A DNA stretch of 64,000 nt, from positions 7,677,625 through 7,741,624 of the forward strand of contig CM082579.2 of NCBI GenBank assembly GCA_040954595.2. The letters are read 5' to 3'. Below are positions 12,621 to 28,055 of the stretch, one piece after another. Under the pieces are notes generated by a model. It made no database searches. It worked only from the letters and a program-made list of their open reading frames with translations, and was not told the origin of the DNA. The first letter of the stretch is position 1. Each line of letters begins with the position of its first letter. Made by a program: the position numbers and the translations under genes. This DNA comes from Balanoglossus misakiensis. Lineage: Eukaryota; Animalia; Hemichordata.

Positions 12621-15600
12621 ATGGGTGCCGCCTTGACCTCCCTGTTGCCCGACTACGTCATTCGTGTCCACACCGGAGACATTAAGGGCGGTGGCACGGA
12701 CGCCTCGGTGCATCTGAAGCTGTACAACGAGGAAGGGCAGCAGTCGCGCGAGATCGTGCTGAAAGATCCGCTGGGGCTGAACTTCGAGAGCAACCAGACG
12801 GACACGTTCTACATCCGCAACCTGAGCGACTTCGGGGCGATCGCCAAGATAGAGATCTGGCGAGATGTCTGGATGGGCGACGACTGGTATGTGGACAGCG
12901 TCATCGTCGACGACTGGCACAAGCGCGAGTCGTACCCCTTCCCGATCCACCGCTGGGTCACCAACGACCACTTCGTCGTCACGAAGTACGACTGCGTCTT
13001 GCCGTGGAACGAACCGCATCCCGCGCAGCGACAGAAAGAGCTGGAGTACAACAGAACCGAATACGTGCTCGGTCCCCACGAACATGGACTGCCCATCAGG
13101 GTAAGTCAAACAATAATTGTCCGTGCATGGGTGCAGCGCATTGCTAATAGTGATAACTGTATTACATACAGCGCGAGAACTCGTGTAATTTCTTTCCTTC
13201 CCATCTAAAAATTGCCACAGGATTTTCCAACTGATAAAAAATAACACTGATGTAAGAATATACAGGGTAAAAAACTATAGTAGGCCTAAACAAATGCTGC
13301 TTGAGTATCGATGTCGTTTGTTTGAAGAGGAGACAACCAGTGCGATAAGTCATTCTCAGCATATACATATACCTCCCTTTTCCCGTCAAAGTAACTTTTA
13401 TTGACGTTTGTCATGTACTATTGCAGAAAATTATTTTTTTACCATTCTCAAAATACCACGCGCATACCGACAGGGTGTAATTATATATCCGTGTTCTTTC
13501 CCATTCGCAATAAACATATGTTGACTTTTTTTACAGGTTGCAGAGTTACCAAAGCACGAAGACTTTTCATATGGCCATAAGGTAAACCAACAGATGTGTT
13601 GAAATTGACCATCATGGCAGCTTGCGTGTGCTGTCAGTATAGACACGTCTGTGCGCCACGTTTCCAAAGCTTGAACTTGTCAGTGTGTTTGTTGGTTTGT
13701 GAACTCAATCAGTGTTATCTCTAGTTTGGCATCCAAAAACATTTTGGTTGCTCAGACTATTTAAAAAAAGACAGTCACAATAAAAGAGCAATGGCTCGTG
13801 CCTATTGTTTTTATAGGTTTCTAAAAATCGCTTATGTATTCGTAAAGTGTTGTTGTTATTAACACGTGATCGATATTGCTAAAAGTGTGAATTTCGCCAT
13901 CTAATTATCCTCAATTACGTAACCCCCCCCCCCAACAGATGGATGTCAAAACGTACTTGTTGAAGACTTTTGTCCGCACCAAATTCACCAAGATGTTTAC
14001 AAGTGACTGGACTGGACTAGACAGCATCCAGAATGTCTATGGTGGCGTCTTTCCTAGGCCTCAGGTAATGAAAGCTTTTAATAGCATCACAATTACCCCC
14101 GTGCAACCATGTATTGATAATTCACATAAAACAAATCTATTGAAACGGGGGTGTTGCAACACCCACAGGTATTCCAGGAAGGCTGATATTTTTGGAAAAC
14201 CCATCTGCGCACCCTTTGCTGCCATTTTCATATTGTGCTAACTTCTGGTGCTGCAGATATCAACTGTAATATTACAGCGTTTTCCACATGGGACGAGATA
14301 CATATTGACTTCTTATTAAAGGGACATTAGCTGTTACTTTTTACTTTATTTTCAGTATTTTGTTCCGAGTTCAAATGCAATTCCTCGCTCTTCTCCAAAC
14401 AGCAGGCTAATATACCCAGTACTCCGCTTGTCAACATACGAGACCAAATATAATTTGGTGAAGTATATGACACACTTGAATTTACCAAATTGACTGTGAC
14501 CAAATGGGAGCACGGTGCCCTCGACGCTATTTTTTCCTACACTGTGTAGTGATGGAAACCGTTGTTTGTTTCTCTGAGCGCTTATATGTTTAACCTTGCA
14601 GGCCTTTTTAACCTGGAAGGAAGACTGGCACTTTGCGTCACAGCGTCTAGAAGGCTGTAACCCGTACGCCATCCGGCTCTGCAGAGAAGTACCAGCCAAG
14701 TAAGTCAATATACAGTGCACCGTAATTCACTAAAGGGGAACTAGATCCCACAAATCGAAGGAATGAACTGATAATAATAAGGTCTGAACAGAATTAAGGA
14801 TATGAAAAATGATATCTGAAGAATTGGTCATATTTTGGAAATAAGTTGCTGGTTTCTCTGAACAAGCTGCCACCAAGTTTACCGTTATGTGAAATTTTGC
14901 AGTTTGCCTGTAACAAACGAGATGGTGGCGCCCTTTCTGGAAGACATGACTCTGGAAGAATGCATCGACGCAAGGCGGTTATTCATCGTAGACTATCACG
15001 TTTTGGTGGACGTACCAAGGGTTAAGGATGAACTAGTAAGTCGAGATATCAGTCTTTGCAAGCCCTTCTGAGTCTGACATATAGCGAACGTTTGATTAGA
15101 TGTAACTTTTTGGTGTAGGTTGTAACCGTACATTTTATTGGTGAGTTTATTGTCTTTCATTCCCATAGGTTGTTTGTGCTCCCATTGCGCTATTCTTCAT
15201 GAACAAAGACAAGGAGTTGATGCCAGTGGCGATTCAGCTGTTTCAAGACCCTGGGCCAGAAAACCCGGTGAGTAATTGTCTTTCTAGGAATGATATCGTT
15301 CAAGATTACTACCCTTTTTATATCGTGCAAAAATATTCCTACACGCGCGTTGGCAGTTCTTTCCGGTGTCGCGTGGACACACCTGCAACTCAAGCTCATC
15401 AACATAATCTATGCACATACTGATACGTGCGTTTTCTCAAATACGTGTACATAAAGACAGGGTCACACAATGTAGTACACATGAATCATGGTGACACCCT
15501 AACGTCACGTCTCTTGACCATTGCAGGTGTTTCTTCCTAACGACCCCTACTACACATGGATGATGGCCAAGCTGTTCTTCAACCACGCAGACGCATCCTA

Positions 15601-17608
15601 CCACCAAGCTGCCACCCATCTGGGATTCACTCACATGATAGTCGAGACAATGTCGTTATCCGTCAACCGCAATCTGTCGCCCTCACACCCTCTATACCGA
15701 CTCGTTGGGCCCCATTTGAAATACGTCATGGCTATTAACAAGTAAGTATTAGCGCTTTTGAATCGTGTAGCCCATCAGTATTGGTGGTGTCTAAATGTAC
15801 ATGGTATCTCGTAAAGTTAAGAAATGGGATGTTGTGCTCTACGTCAAATGGTGAAATCACAGACAAATAGAAAATTATTGTCTGTGGTGAAATCAATAGA
15901 CCATTTTCCGAACTCCACGAGACCCAGCGAGATCTCGCGTGGCTAGCCAATTTATATTGGAAGGATATTCTGATGTGATACAGGACAAACGATGGATGCC
16001 CCGTCGTGTTAAACTACACAAAAATTCGCTTTTTGTTAAATTTTGCCACCTATTTGAGTTTCATTCAAACTGTGACTTGTATCTTGGCTAGAATTCCGTT
16101 GCTACGTTAATTGAGTCTCACAAGATCTCGCTTTGTAACAACATCTACGTGTTTGTTCTTTCTCTCCTCCCACCCCCTCCCCGAAAAAAAGCTCCGCAGT
16201 AAACATCTTGATTGCGCCGAACGGCTGGGTAGACAGCGTGATGAGCATCGGCAGAGTTGGTATGCTGGAGATCATCAAACGAGGCTGGAAAGCGTGGAGA
16301 CTGGACGTGGACGGAAGCTTGCCGAACGACATGAAGGAACGCGGGGTCGATGACCCGGATGTGATACCGGAGTACCCGTTCAGGGACGACGCCTTGCTCA
16401 TCTACAAAGCTATCCAGAACTACGTCAGTGAAGTCGTTCGAAGTCACTATGGTAGGTGTACAGCCTCGAACCCGCCATAAGCCCTGTCTGTTCCTCAGTG
16501 CAGTCTCCTGGCAATGTGACTTCGGATTATTAATGATCAACTATCATATTTTTTCAAACTACAGAAACTGCTGCGGATTTAGCTGAAGACAATGAATTGC
16601 AAAATATGGCCAGAGATCTGACAACACTGCCACCAGAGGGACTTGGAGTCAAGGTACGCCAACTAGATTTGCAAAAGAAAAAATCACTCACTGTTTATAG
16701 TTTTCTTACTTATTATTCGGTCTATACCTCCTGCCTGCCTTTTTGTCGTGACGTGTATCTTTGCACCGTTCGTTCGTTTGCAGGGTGTTCCCGGAAATGG
16801 CAGTTTCACCACCTACGAAGACGTCATCCAGGTGTTCACGTCCATTATATTCATGAGCACAATCGGACACACTGCGGCTAACTACAACCAGTACGCGGAG
16901 TACGCCTACCCGCCAAATTATCCCATGCTTTTGCGAGGTACACCACCCAGAAACAAGGCAAGTACTTCGACATAGGATAAGGAAATTTGGAGTATCTTAT
17001 CAGGGACGGCGGCCATTTTGAATTTCAAATTTGAGGCAATTTCGCTCTCTCAATCAAAATTTTTATTCACAAATTTAAGAGAGAATAGTATAAAGTTGCC
17101 ATGAGCAAAATATGAGAAAAAGTTTATGACTGATTTTCGGTGCGCATTCTGACTTGATAGGAGCCGCTCACGGAGGGTGACGTCATGAAACAAGTCGTGG
17201 ACAAACCCCTGATGTTGAAGGTAGTGGCCATGGTTCACGTGCTGAGCCGTCAGAGTGACGACATATTGGGGAACAGCGTTGTGACATATCAGTACGACGA
17301 TATCGGCGTCAATGCCTACAAAAAGTAAGTCAAATGTCACTCCAGTACAAGTCTTATGATAATTGTTTACATGACCTAAAAAGAAAATGCACATTTTCGA
17401 GACTAAAGGACTGCAAAAAGGCAAGTGAACAGCGTTGGTGGGCAATATGCTATTAAAGGTAACATTTTCCTTGGCCCCTTCATCAATTTCCAGGTTCACC
17501 CACGAATTGCAAGAAATTGGCCGCATCATTGACGAGCGTAATAAGACCAGGAAGAGAAAATACACTTATCTCCATCCGGCGTGGGTTGCAAACTCAATCA
17601 ACGTGTGA
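12621..17608 (+). CDS. Lipoxygenase B, tandem paralog of A (12 exons, ~665 aa)
   Basis: Exons 12621-13100, 13537-13581, 13939-14064, 14602-14699, 14903-15035, 15169-15267, 15527-15741, 16192-16451, 16565-16653, 16784-16957, 17161-17324, 17494-17608 all match paralog A in size. Motifs: WMMAK, HQAATHLGFTH, GHTAAN and C-terminal NSINV. Confidence 0.93.
15895..15945 (+). repeat. Short dispersed repeat, related to 4064-4114 joined to 5627-5630
   Basis: aatagaccattttccgaactccacgagacccagcgagatctcgcgtggcta resembles aatagaccatgcattttccgaactccgcgaaaccctcagatatctcgcgag[foldback]gcta. Confidence 0.6.
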
Positions 17609-18293
17609 GGATCGCTGGTTTGAATCCGAGATGCCCAAGAATGGGGGTCATGAACAAAGACGTGCTTTGTCACTTCCATATTTTCACTCACGACAGCCAT
17701 ATACAGCATGTGTCGCAGGACATGTGTACATATAGAGATTACAAGGGTTTGAGCAAGAATTACAGACACCTGCCACGTATATTTGGTTGGGTGAAAAAGT
17801 CTATTATGCCAGTGCCCAGGCTTTTGCCATGACGTAAAATCATAATATTCTAACTCAAAAACACCAGTCTGGTAAAATGTACATAACAGCACCACTTGAT
17901 ATGTAAAACCTAAAAAAGAGAGACTATAATTAATATAAAGTTGCCTCAAGCAAAATTAAGAATAGGTGGTCGGTGCACGTAATGTTATTTATGTAAGTTT
18001 TTTGCGAGTTTAGAGGTATAAAATGGTCAAAATAAATGAATTAAATTTATCGTAGTGTTTGCTTTCTAGTACAGTATAATTGTAACTGTATTGAGAGTCT
18101 GCCTGTTGCTATGACTCGAAGGACGCTAGAACTTGAAAATGGCGGTAAATTCAACAAAAGCTATGCAGAAGGCTGAGAGACAAGCACAGTTTTAATTCCC
18201 TTCCAAAGCTGGTATGGGCCGGGATTTTTCCGCCTAAGCTACACATAATTAAGCTTGTCAAATTCAAAAAGGGTCGAACCAAAACCGACATTT

Positions 18294-20928
<2,635 letters not shown>

Positions 20929-21273
20929 CGTGTCAGGGTGTAGGCCTAGCTAGATGATGCGCTTTCAAAAATCATGGAAAGTTGGGTGGTCCAAAGCGAA
21001 AATCACGACGCAGTAATTTGCATTGCGCGTGAAATAAACGTTGAAGACAACGGATGCAACAAGCCTTTTCATTCGCATTCGACTCCGCCTCCTCATTTGA
21101 ATACACAAGTCGATTTGAATATTCATATACAAGTCGATTATAAAATTTGCATAAAAGCTAGCTAACTGTGATGTTAATCAATGATGCTTGGCACATGCTC
21201 AGTATAGCCTATTAATAGACCCACCTTGCTGCATCGGCTGGAGCTTTTGTCTTTCATGACCGTACGGCTGACT

Positions 21274-21395
21274 TATAAATACTGATAAGGAAAAATACAA
21301 CAGTGTTTCAGTTCAGATCTGCTGCTCGACCCACGAAATCCATTCGTCAGTGGACACCCCTCCAAGGGATATGGGGCGATGAAAATATACTGAAG
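21274..21395 (+). promoter_or_regulatory. Possible TATA box, initiator and non-coding first exon of the VioB-like gene
   Basis: TATAAATA at 21274, TCAGTT at 21308 and donor-like gaag|gtttgt at 21395/6. Acceptor-like sites lie at ~22175 and 22216, before the ATG at 22231. Inference only. Confidence 0.3.
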
Positions 21396-22230
21396 GTTTG
21401 TAAAATTTAATGTTAAATGGGAACTTCGGTTGATGTCATTTGGTATGATATTTGTGTTTGAACCTTTTTTAGACTCAAGCGTTGGAGATGGGGAACTACC
21501 TTATGTGATAGTACAGCATGCCTTCTGGATCCTAAAATATTTATGACGTGGTGCCCATCCACCGTACCCTGTCTCATAATTGTCTCCCTAGGAGATTTTC
21601 TGGAAGGACAAGATTAAGATTATCTGTATTGTCTGTTACTAAGCCAGCAAACTTATGAGCGTGTTAGAGATATTCGTAAGCATTTCTGACGAACAGACGA
21701 TGACCATTATTGTTCGAAGCGCGACCGGGGCGGTTTCGGTTTACCTCGCCATGTCTTGTCATTTCAGTGACGTAGCTGGAAACTTCTCACTTCTCCACAC
21801 GTATAGACTGCGTTATATCTTCGTCGTATTTGTTAAATTTTGGCTAGTTTTCTGTTCACGTGTTATAATGCATTACTGTGTCTGTCTCATGAATATGCAT
21901 CACCGGATGGCCACTCTAGAGGCATATGGTCAACCACAATTTTTTAGCACCTCCTCCAATTAAACACAGCAATATTTTCCGAAAATACGTGCATTGAACA
22001 TGTTGTAGTCGTCGCTGACTCAATGTACTGTAACAAAGTACTTCGCTCTTTAATCATGGACCCTTAAAGGGGGAGGTTCGTCTCAACTGCGCATGTGACG
22101 TTTGGAGAAATGGTACTACATTGTATTACGTAAATGCGAAGTATGAATTATTAGTGCCACTTTTTTCCTTTGTAGAAATGGTACTGTTTTCGAGAAGAAA
22201 CTAGGAATCCTTACAGTGGACAAAATCAAT

Positions 22231-25200
22231 ATGGCGTCGTTCAAATCGCTGGGAATTGTTCTGTTATCTCTGCTTGTCATTCCGTATTGTGATGGCTTTG
22301 ACAAGGCTGAGTGGGTCCGCACCGCTTCAGTCAATACACCTGGTAAGTAAGTAAGTAAGTGAGTGAGTGAGTGAGTGAGTGAGTGAGTGAGTGAGTGAGT
22401 GAGTGAGTGAGTGAGTGAGTGAGTGAGTGAGTGAGTGAGTAGGTAGGTACTCTTCCACCCTAATATCATTTCCCCGTCGACTCCACAGAAAACAGCCATT
22501 CGTACTTAGACTGGCCGCGACTGCATTTCTCTGGCACTTTCTGGTTTGACTCCCCGACTGGCAACAACCTGTGCGAGAACTACGACATCAACACCTTCGA
22601 TGAGCGAATCAGGGCGGATCCACACATTCTTGGCTGGAACCCTGAGGGTTCGGCCTGTTTTCAGTTATTGGACTGTCAAGTGAGATCTGCCTGCTACACA
22701 GATGGTCTGTGTACGACCAATCGAAAAACAGATGCTGTCGTTGAAAAGCCTATTTATAGTAAGTCAGATGAACATTTTATTTTCAGTGTTAGCATTCAAA
22801 GAGCGTTCTTCTCTTTCGAGCTATAATATTATCTCAGAGATTTCCAAACAAGCTTTATTGGTTTCATTATCCGAGCTGTACATGTAAATGTGCACTGGCT
22901 AGTACCACTTACTTGTGTGCAAATTGCAGTTTATGTCATATACTAGTATACGACGTACCAAGTCATGTAGGTGTGTATTTCTAAACAGAAGCATCCGGGT
23001 AACCGTATCAATTTCTTTTACTCCATTAATAGGTAACGTCAACCGTCCCGATGCAAAGATGGCGGACATAGATCCAATATACATATCCGTGCCGACGATA
23101 TTCGGGTTGTCGTTGCACATACCTGGCGCCTTTTCGGGCAAACTTGTGGAGGCGCCGATGTCAAATTCCTACAACAAACTGTCGAAACGTGAGCGCAGTG
23201 GTCATATTGGCGCCGATTTCTATTCCTTGCTCGTTGATGTGGAATGGGAGATCGGTCAAGAGGGAAAGCACTCGAGAATTGTGAAAGAGCTCAAGGAACA
23301 AAGCCTGCGGAGCAAGACACCTAATGTTTTGTCGGTTAAATTCAATTTGGACATGTTCGAAGCCTTTTCCAAAAGCGGTACATTTGGAACAGGTCGTGTC
23401 GTTGGCAGCATCGGCGTCGCTGGACCTGCAGAGCCGCTGCACGACATACGTCACCGGAAGTTGCGCCCTCCAACATCCAGTAGGAAGTACGGGATTGCCA
23501 ATTTCCGCGTTTTCCAAAATCGCGGGAAGATTTTGATAGACCTCGGGAACAGTCTACCCTATAACGGAGAGGGACCCGATTCTGACGTCATCAAGGTGCT
23601 ACAGGTTGCCTATCCATCGGAGCAGGAGTCCGAGATCTTGACCTGTGACACACAAGTAGAAGTCGTTGGAAATATTGACTATGCAAGTAATGGATGGTAC
23701 GAGATCACGGCGGGTGTCGTCACTGTGCCATCGACGTCAGTGTTGACAAGGAGGCAGCGCAGTGAACTAGCTGATAGGCCCCTGCTCATAAGACAACTGA
23801 ACAACGACACCAATGCCTGCGAAGGGGTCGTGCTGGCAGAGCGAGTTGACGGCATGGCGGTCGGCATCATGGGAGAAAGGGTATTCCGACAAGACCCCGG
23901 TGATTCGTGGACGCTTCACGCATTCTCGACCAAATTTGGACGCCGAGCAGACGACCTCTTACTGGAGATCAAACCGCACGCATTGGTCGAAAACAAACGC
24001 ATGTTTTCTCGCTGTGGCGCGGGAAACCACGTGTCGTTCAACGAGCCACCCTCCGCTGTCGGCTTCGAAGAGCCGAAGAAAACGGATGAAAACGGGCAGG
24101 CAGATTTTGAATTCACTGGGTATGATCCCAAAAATCCCAGAAAAATCAAAGACGGTCAACTATACCTTTATGACATCCTGGTGAATAAATCCTTCACTTC
24201 TGATCTTCCTATAGTTATCTACATGTACGACGATTTTGTGGTATCAGAAGGCGGGCCGACCTGGCACCAGGACATTTATCCAATATTCAAAATGTATTCG
24301 AACATGTTCCCAAGCATGAACAATATCATCAACATGGCGTCGTACGATGACGTGTGTCGCAAGAAGTGGATGTTGGCAACGACCATGACGTTGCCCGCGG
24401 CGGACCCGCAGTACATGCCCGTCACCAGAGACCTGTCCAAGCGAAAGCAGCGGGCCATTCTGCAGTGGCTGGACGACCCCAAGCCGGGCGAAGTCCCGCG
24501 GCCCAGTCTGGAAGACCTGAAAAGGGACCTGCAGACTGCGCTGGAAATGGAGCTGTCCACGATCCCGCCGTACCTGACCGCCTGGCTGTCCATCAAGAGG
24601 GGGCACAACGTGGACATCTCCAACATCCTGCGCAGCATTGCCACCGAAGAGATGCTGCACATGACGCTGGTGGCAAACATCTTGAAGAGCATATGCGGCA
24701 GGCCAGTTCTGAACGAGAGGCGGCGGGTGCCGACGTACCCTACCAAGCTCCCCGGGGGTGTCCACCCACACCTCACCGTCTCCCTCGGGCGGCTCACCAA
24801 GGGACTCATAGAGGACGTGTTCTTGAAAATCGAGGAGCCGGACGACACCCTGCCGATACGGTTGCGCCAGAGGGTGCTGGCCGTCTCTCCAGAAATCGAG
24901 TCGGATTTGGAATCCGAAGTTCCCCTGCGACACCACAATCGCACAATTGGCCAGTTCTACTACAACAGGATATGGAAGTCACTGAGCTACCACGCCAGCA
25001 TCAACTCGAGTTTGTTTATGTGTGGAGACAAGGACACGCAGGTTACTGAGGGCGACTGGTACAGTCAGGCCTTGGAGAAGCCATTTGCAATCACCAACAT
25101 CGAAGAAGCAAGGCGAGCCATCGAGATCATTACAGAACAGGGGGAGGGAAGTTCCCCAACGCAGCCGTACGATTCCGATGGTAACCTCTCGCATTATTTC

Positions 25201-25737
25201 AAATTCATGGAGATTGTGATGGGCTACCGACTCGTGGTGGATTCGAACTTGCTGCGTTCGACGCATGAGGAGGAAACGCCCGACGAAGGCAGCTGCGACA
25301 TCGCTTATTCGGAGAGGTTCGCGCGTAGCTTCTGTGGAGACGGCGGGAAACCGTGCGACTTCATGCGTGTGCACCGCAGATGCAACGTACCGTTCCACTT
25401 CACCGGGGAGCGGGTGTCCTTTCACGATGACGGCATCTGGCCGATAGTGGACAACCCGAGCAGCGAGCGATACCCGAAGGACTCCAAAGTGGAGCTTCTA
25501 TCGCGCCTCTTCAACAGAGAATACTCGAACTTGCTGCGCTGCATCCACGACACCTTCAACGACAAACCGCGAGGTATGCAACGGTGCATGTCGATCATGG
25601 CCAGGATGGAGTCACTCGGTCGCCAGTTGGTCAGTACGCCGATCGCGTTTGGCGGGGATCCGAGCGTGGGCCCGAATGGGGCACCGACTTTTGAGTTTGA
25701 TGAGATAGCCTTGCACCCAGAAGAGAAAAAGACGTGA
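22231..25737 (+). CDS. Secreted VioB/RebD/StaD-like protein with a C-terminal ferritin-like domain (3 exons, ~1028 aa)
   Basis: Exons 22231-22342 (signal peptide MASFKSLGIVLLSLLVIPYCDG), 22489-22758 (SYLDWPRLHFSG..PTGNN) and 23033-25737 are joined by phase-1 GT-AG introns; 3087 nt in frame. Motifs AKMADIDP, YMPVTRDLS, ELSTIPPYL..A, EEMLHM..VANIL, EQGEG, SHY..F and APTFE follow the order I recall for the VioB family. Confidence 0.82.
22343..22448. repeat. (GTAA)n(GTGA)n tetranucleotide repeat filling intron 1 of the VioB-like gene
   Basis: The repeat starts at the splice donor (gtaagtaagtaagtaagtgagtgag...) and runs for about 100 bp. Confidence 0.92.
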
Positions 25738-26318
25738 AAAGACGAACTTTGATAAGGAAACAAACCAGATAATGACGATGACACTTAATTACCACGACTA
25801 GAACTGGAATAGTCAGTGGTCATGCAGTGGACAATTCAGATTATATATAATGGACGGGATATCCTGATTGCATTTCTACTGATGCCAATAATAGTGAGTT
25901 ATAACAGTTTTGTTTTCTATAGCTGTGGCATAATTCTTCCTTCGTGACATTTAGACTGTAGTTTTACGCCAGATTGTCTATTTTTCTGCTGCATGGCTGT
26001 TCATGGTCATTTACATAAATTATTAAATTTCATTTTTTTCTGTGTGGTTTAAGTAATCATACATTTATGTCATGGTTTTCTACTCGACAAGATATGTGTG
26101 CCCGCTTGATGTGGCACATGTGAAAGCAACGAGTGGGTAAATTTTAGTGTGTAAACAAGTAGATTTGGGGAACATCCTCAAAATATGGTCGCCGATAAAA
26201 AGCGTCTAAGAAATCTGGGAATTATAAACACACAAAGCGAAATTTATTACATGTATAAGCCAAAAGCAATATGATTAAAGGAATATAATAGTACAAATGT
26301 CCATATAAGGCAACTTAA

Positions 26319-26822
26319 AGGCACGTAAGCTGCAACTTTTGGGATAATTTTCATAATTTTTGTTTCAAACTGCACTACCATTAGTCCATGCAGATGAAGG
26401 CAGTGAACTATACACAAGCATTATAAACACTAAATATGAGTGCATATGCAAGTTTTAACCAGATAAATAATAAAGCTTTGCCGCAAGCGATTATGGCCGC
26501 CACCGTGGGAAAATGCAAGAAACAATGAAAATGTTACATTTCCGGTTATGAAACTTCATAAACAAAACATCATCTCATCCACTTGAGCTCATGGAAGTAA
26601 ATGTACACCACTGAGACATCAGATTTTCATTTTTCATTGCAATATTGCACTTTTTTTAAAATTGCAGGAATTTTCGTTTTTCTTTAATTTTTGGCCATTT
26701 TGTCCTAAATAAGTGTTGAGCTTGATATATTATCATGAAATGTCATTTAATAGACAAAATTAAAACCATATATGAGATTATTTAATACTTAATTTTTTTA
26801 TCCAGTTGCAGCTCATGTGCCT
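26319..26822. mobile_element. Non-autonomous TTAA-targeting MITE (Kolobok-like RR termini)
   Basis: TTAA|aggcacgtaagctgcaact ... agttgcagctcatgtgcct|TTAA: an imperfect ~19-bp TIR flanked by TTAA on both sides, with no coding capacity. Confidence 0.65.
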
Positions 26823-28055
26823 TTAAAGTAGCAACTTAAAATGGCGAGTCTCAAACTTCTAATGACCATGCTATTGGCCAGATCTCATCTTTCCATGGAT
26901 AAATTTTTACAGGTGACCTTATACTTTAACTACAGTCCCCCTGGCCGATACAGTGGAAGCTGTTTCAGGAAGTGAACATAAAGAACACCAGTATAGAATG
27001 TGGTTCCCTGGCCGGGCCTCGGAAGCAGCTGTTATAATTTGAATTTGCCTGATGGTGCTCCATTGTGTCCTTAATAAATGGCGGGAGCGTATCAGTAAGG
27101 GCATAGACAGTAGTTCTGCAGCTACGTTATGACAGAACATAGGTTTAACTCTACTGGTAGTTGTCATGAATTCAATGCATATTCATAGTTTCGTTTGTCG
27201 CATTGCGCTTTATTTGACCTGGCGTGTGCGGTCAGTGCGCAGGCGTCCGTGTAATTGTTTTTTTTCCGTATAAAATTTGGAAGTCCACGCGTATGCGTCC
27301 CCGTGGTGTTTTTTTACCCAAGCAGTTGCTGGAAGGAAGGTGGATACGACGCCCAAGTACATGTAAGTTTTGAACGTGTCAATGCGTTAGTGAAAGTTGG
27401 TAGTGCGAATTTGAGGGGATATTATGATGGATTTTGATGGTAGCCGCCGTCGTGGATGAATACCGTTCCCTTTGAACCGGTTGTTCGGGAACTCTCTGTT
27501 GAGTCGCGGCTTCTCGTGACACGCAGCTTTGAATGAATATACAAACATCACTGTTTCTTCCCTGTCATTAAAATTATCGAACGGAATTGTCATTGCAAAT
27601 ATTTCACAGATGGTATTCTGTCGTTTCGTTAATTACTGACAAACGATACCAGAGCTTTCTTTTCTGACAATAAAATATCTTGAAGATCCAAAGTGTCTCT
27701 TGGTGGCAAGCAAATTTTCCTCACGCCGTGACACATAAATTGTCTTAGAGAAAAAAAAAATGCAAAGACAAATTACAACAGAAAATATACAACTACAAAT
27801 GACATTATCAAGAAACTTATTGTTTTTGCACATTCAAAGGACGGATTAAATATATAGTTAACTGAGTTGAGCTGAGCAAGTATAATTGTCGCCTTGCACA
27901 ATAACGATAAACGTTTAAATTAAGCAAATTTCAGACGTTATTTCATATAACCATTACTTTTTGGAGACAGTTTTATCGTTATTTTCAAATAGTTGTATAT
28001 GTCCCTCTATCCCGCCCTTTAATAGACAATGCAACCCAATCTTGCATTATTGTGG

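Noticed and set aside
22915-23032. N-terminus of the 940-aa ORF as listed in the track
   Set aside because: This is intron 2 read-through; the exon starts at 23033 after ctccattaatag.
24244-25425. Long antisense and alternate-frame ORFs over the VioB-like exon (likewise over LOX exon 1, H3, SPATA5 and RPAP2)
   Set aside because: These are expected shadows of GC-rich codon usage and have no recognisable motifs.
22231-25737. Bacterial contamination as the source of the VioB-like gene
   Set aside because: It has two phase-compatible GT-AG introns, a signal-peptide exon and an intronic microsatellite, and it is contiguous with animal genes.
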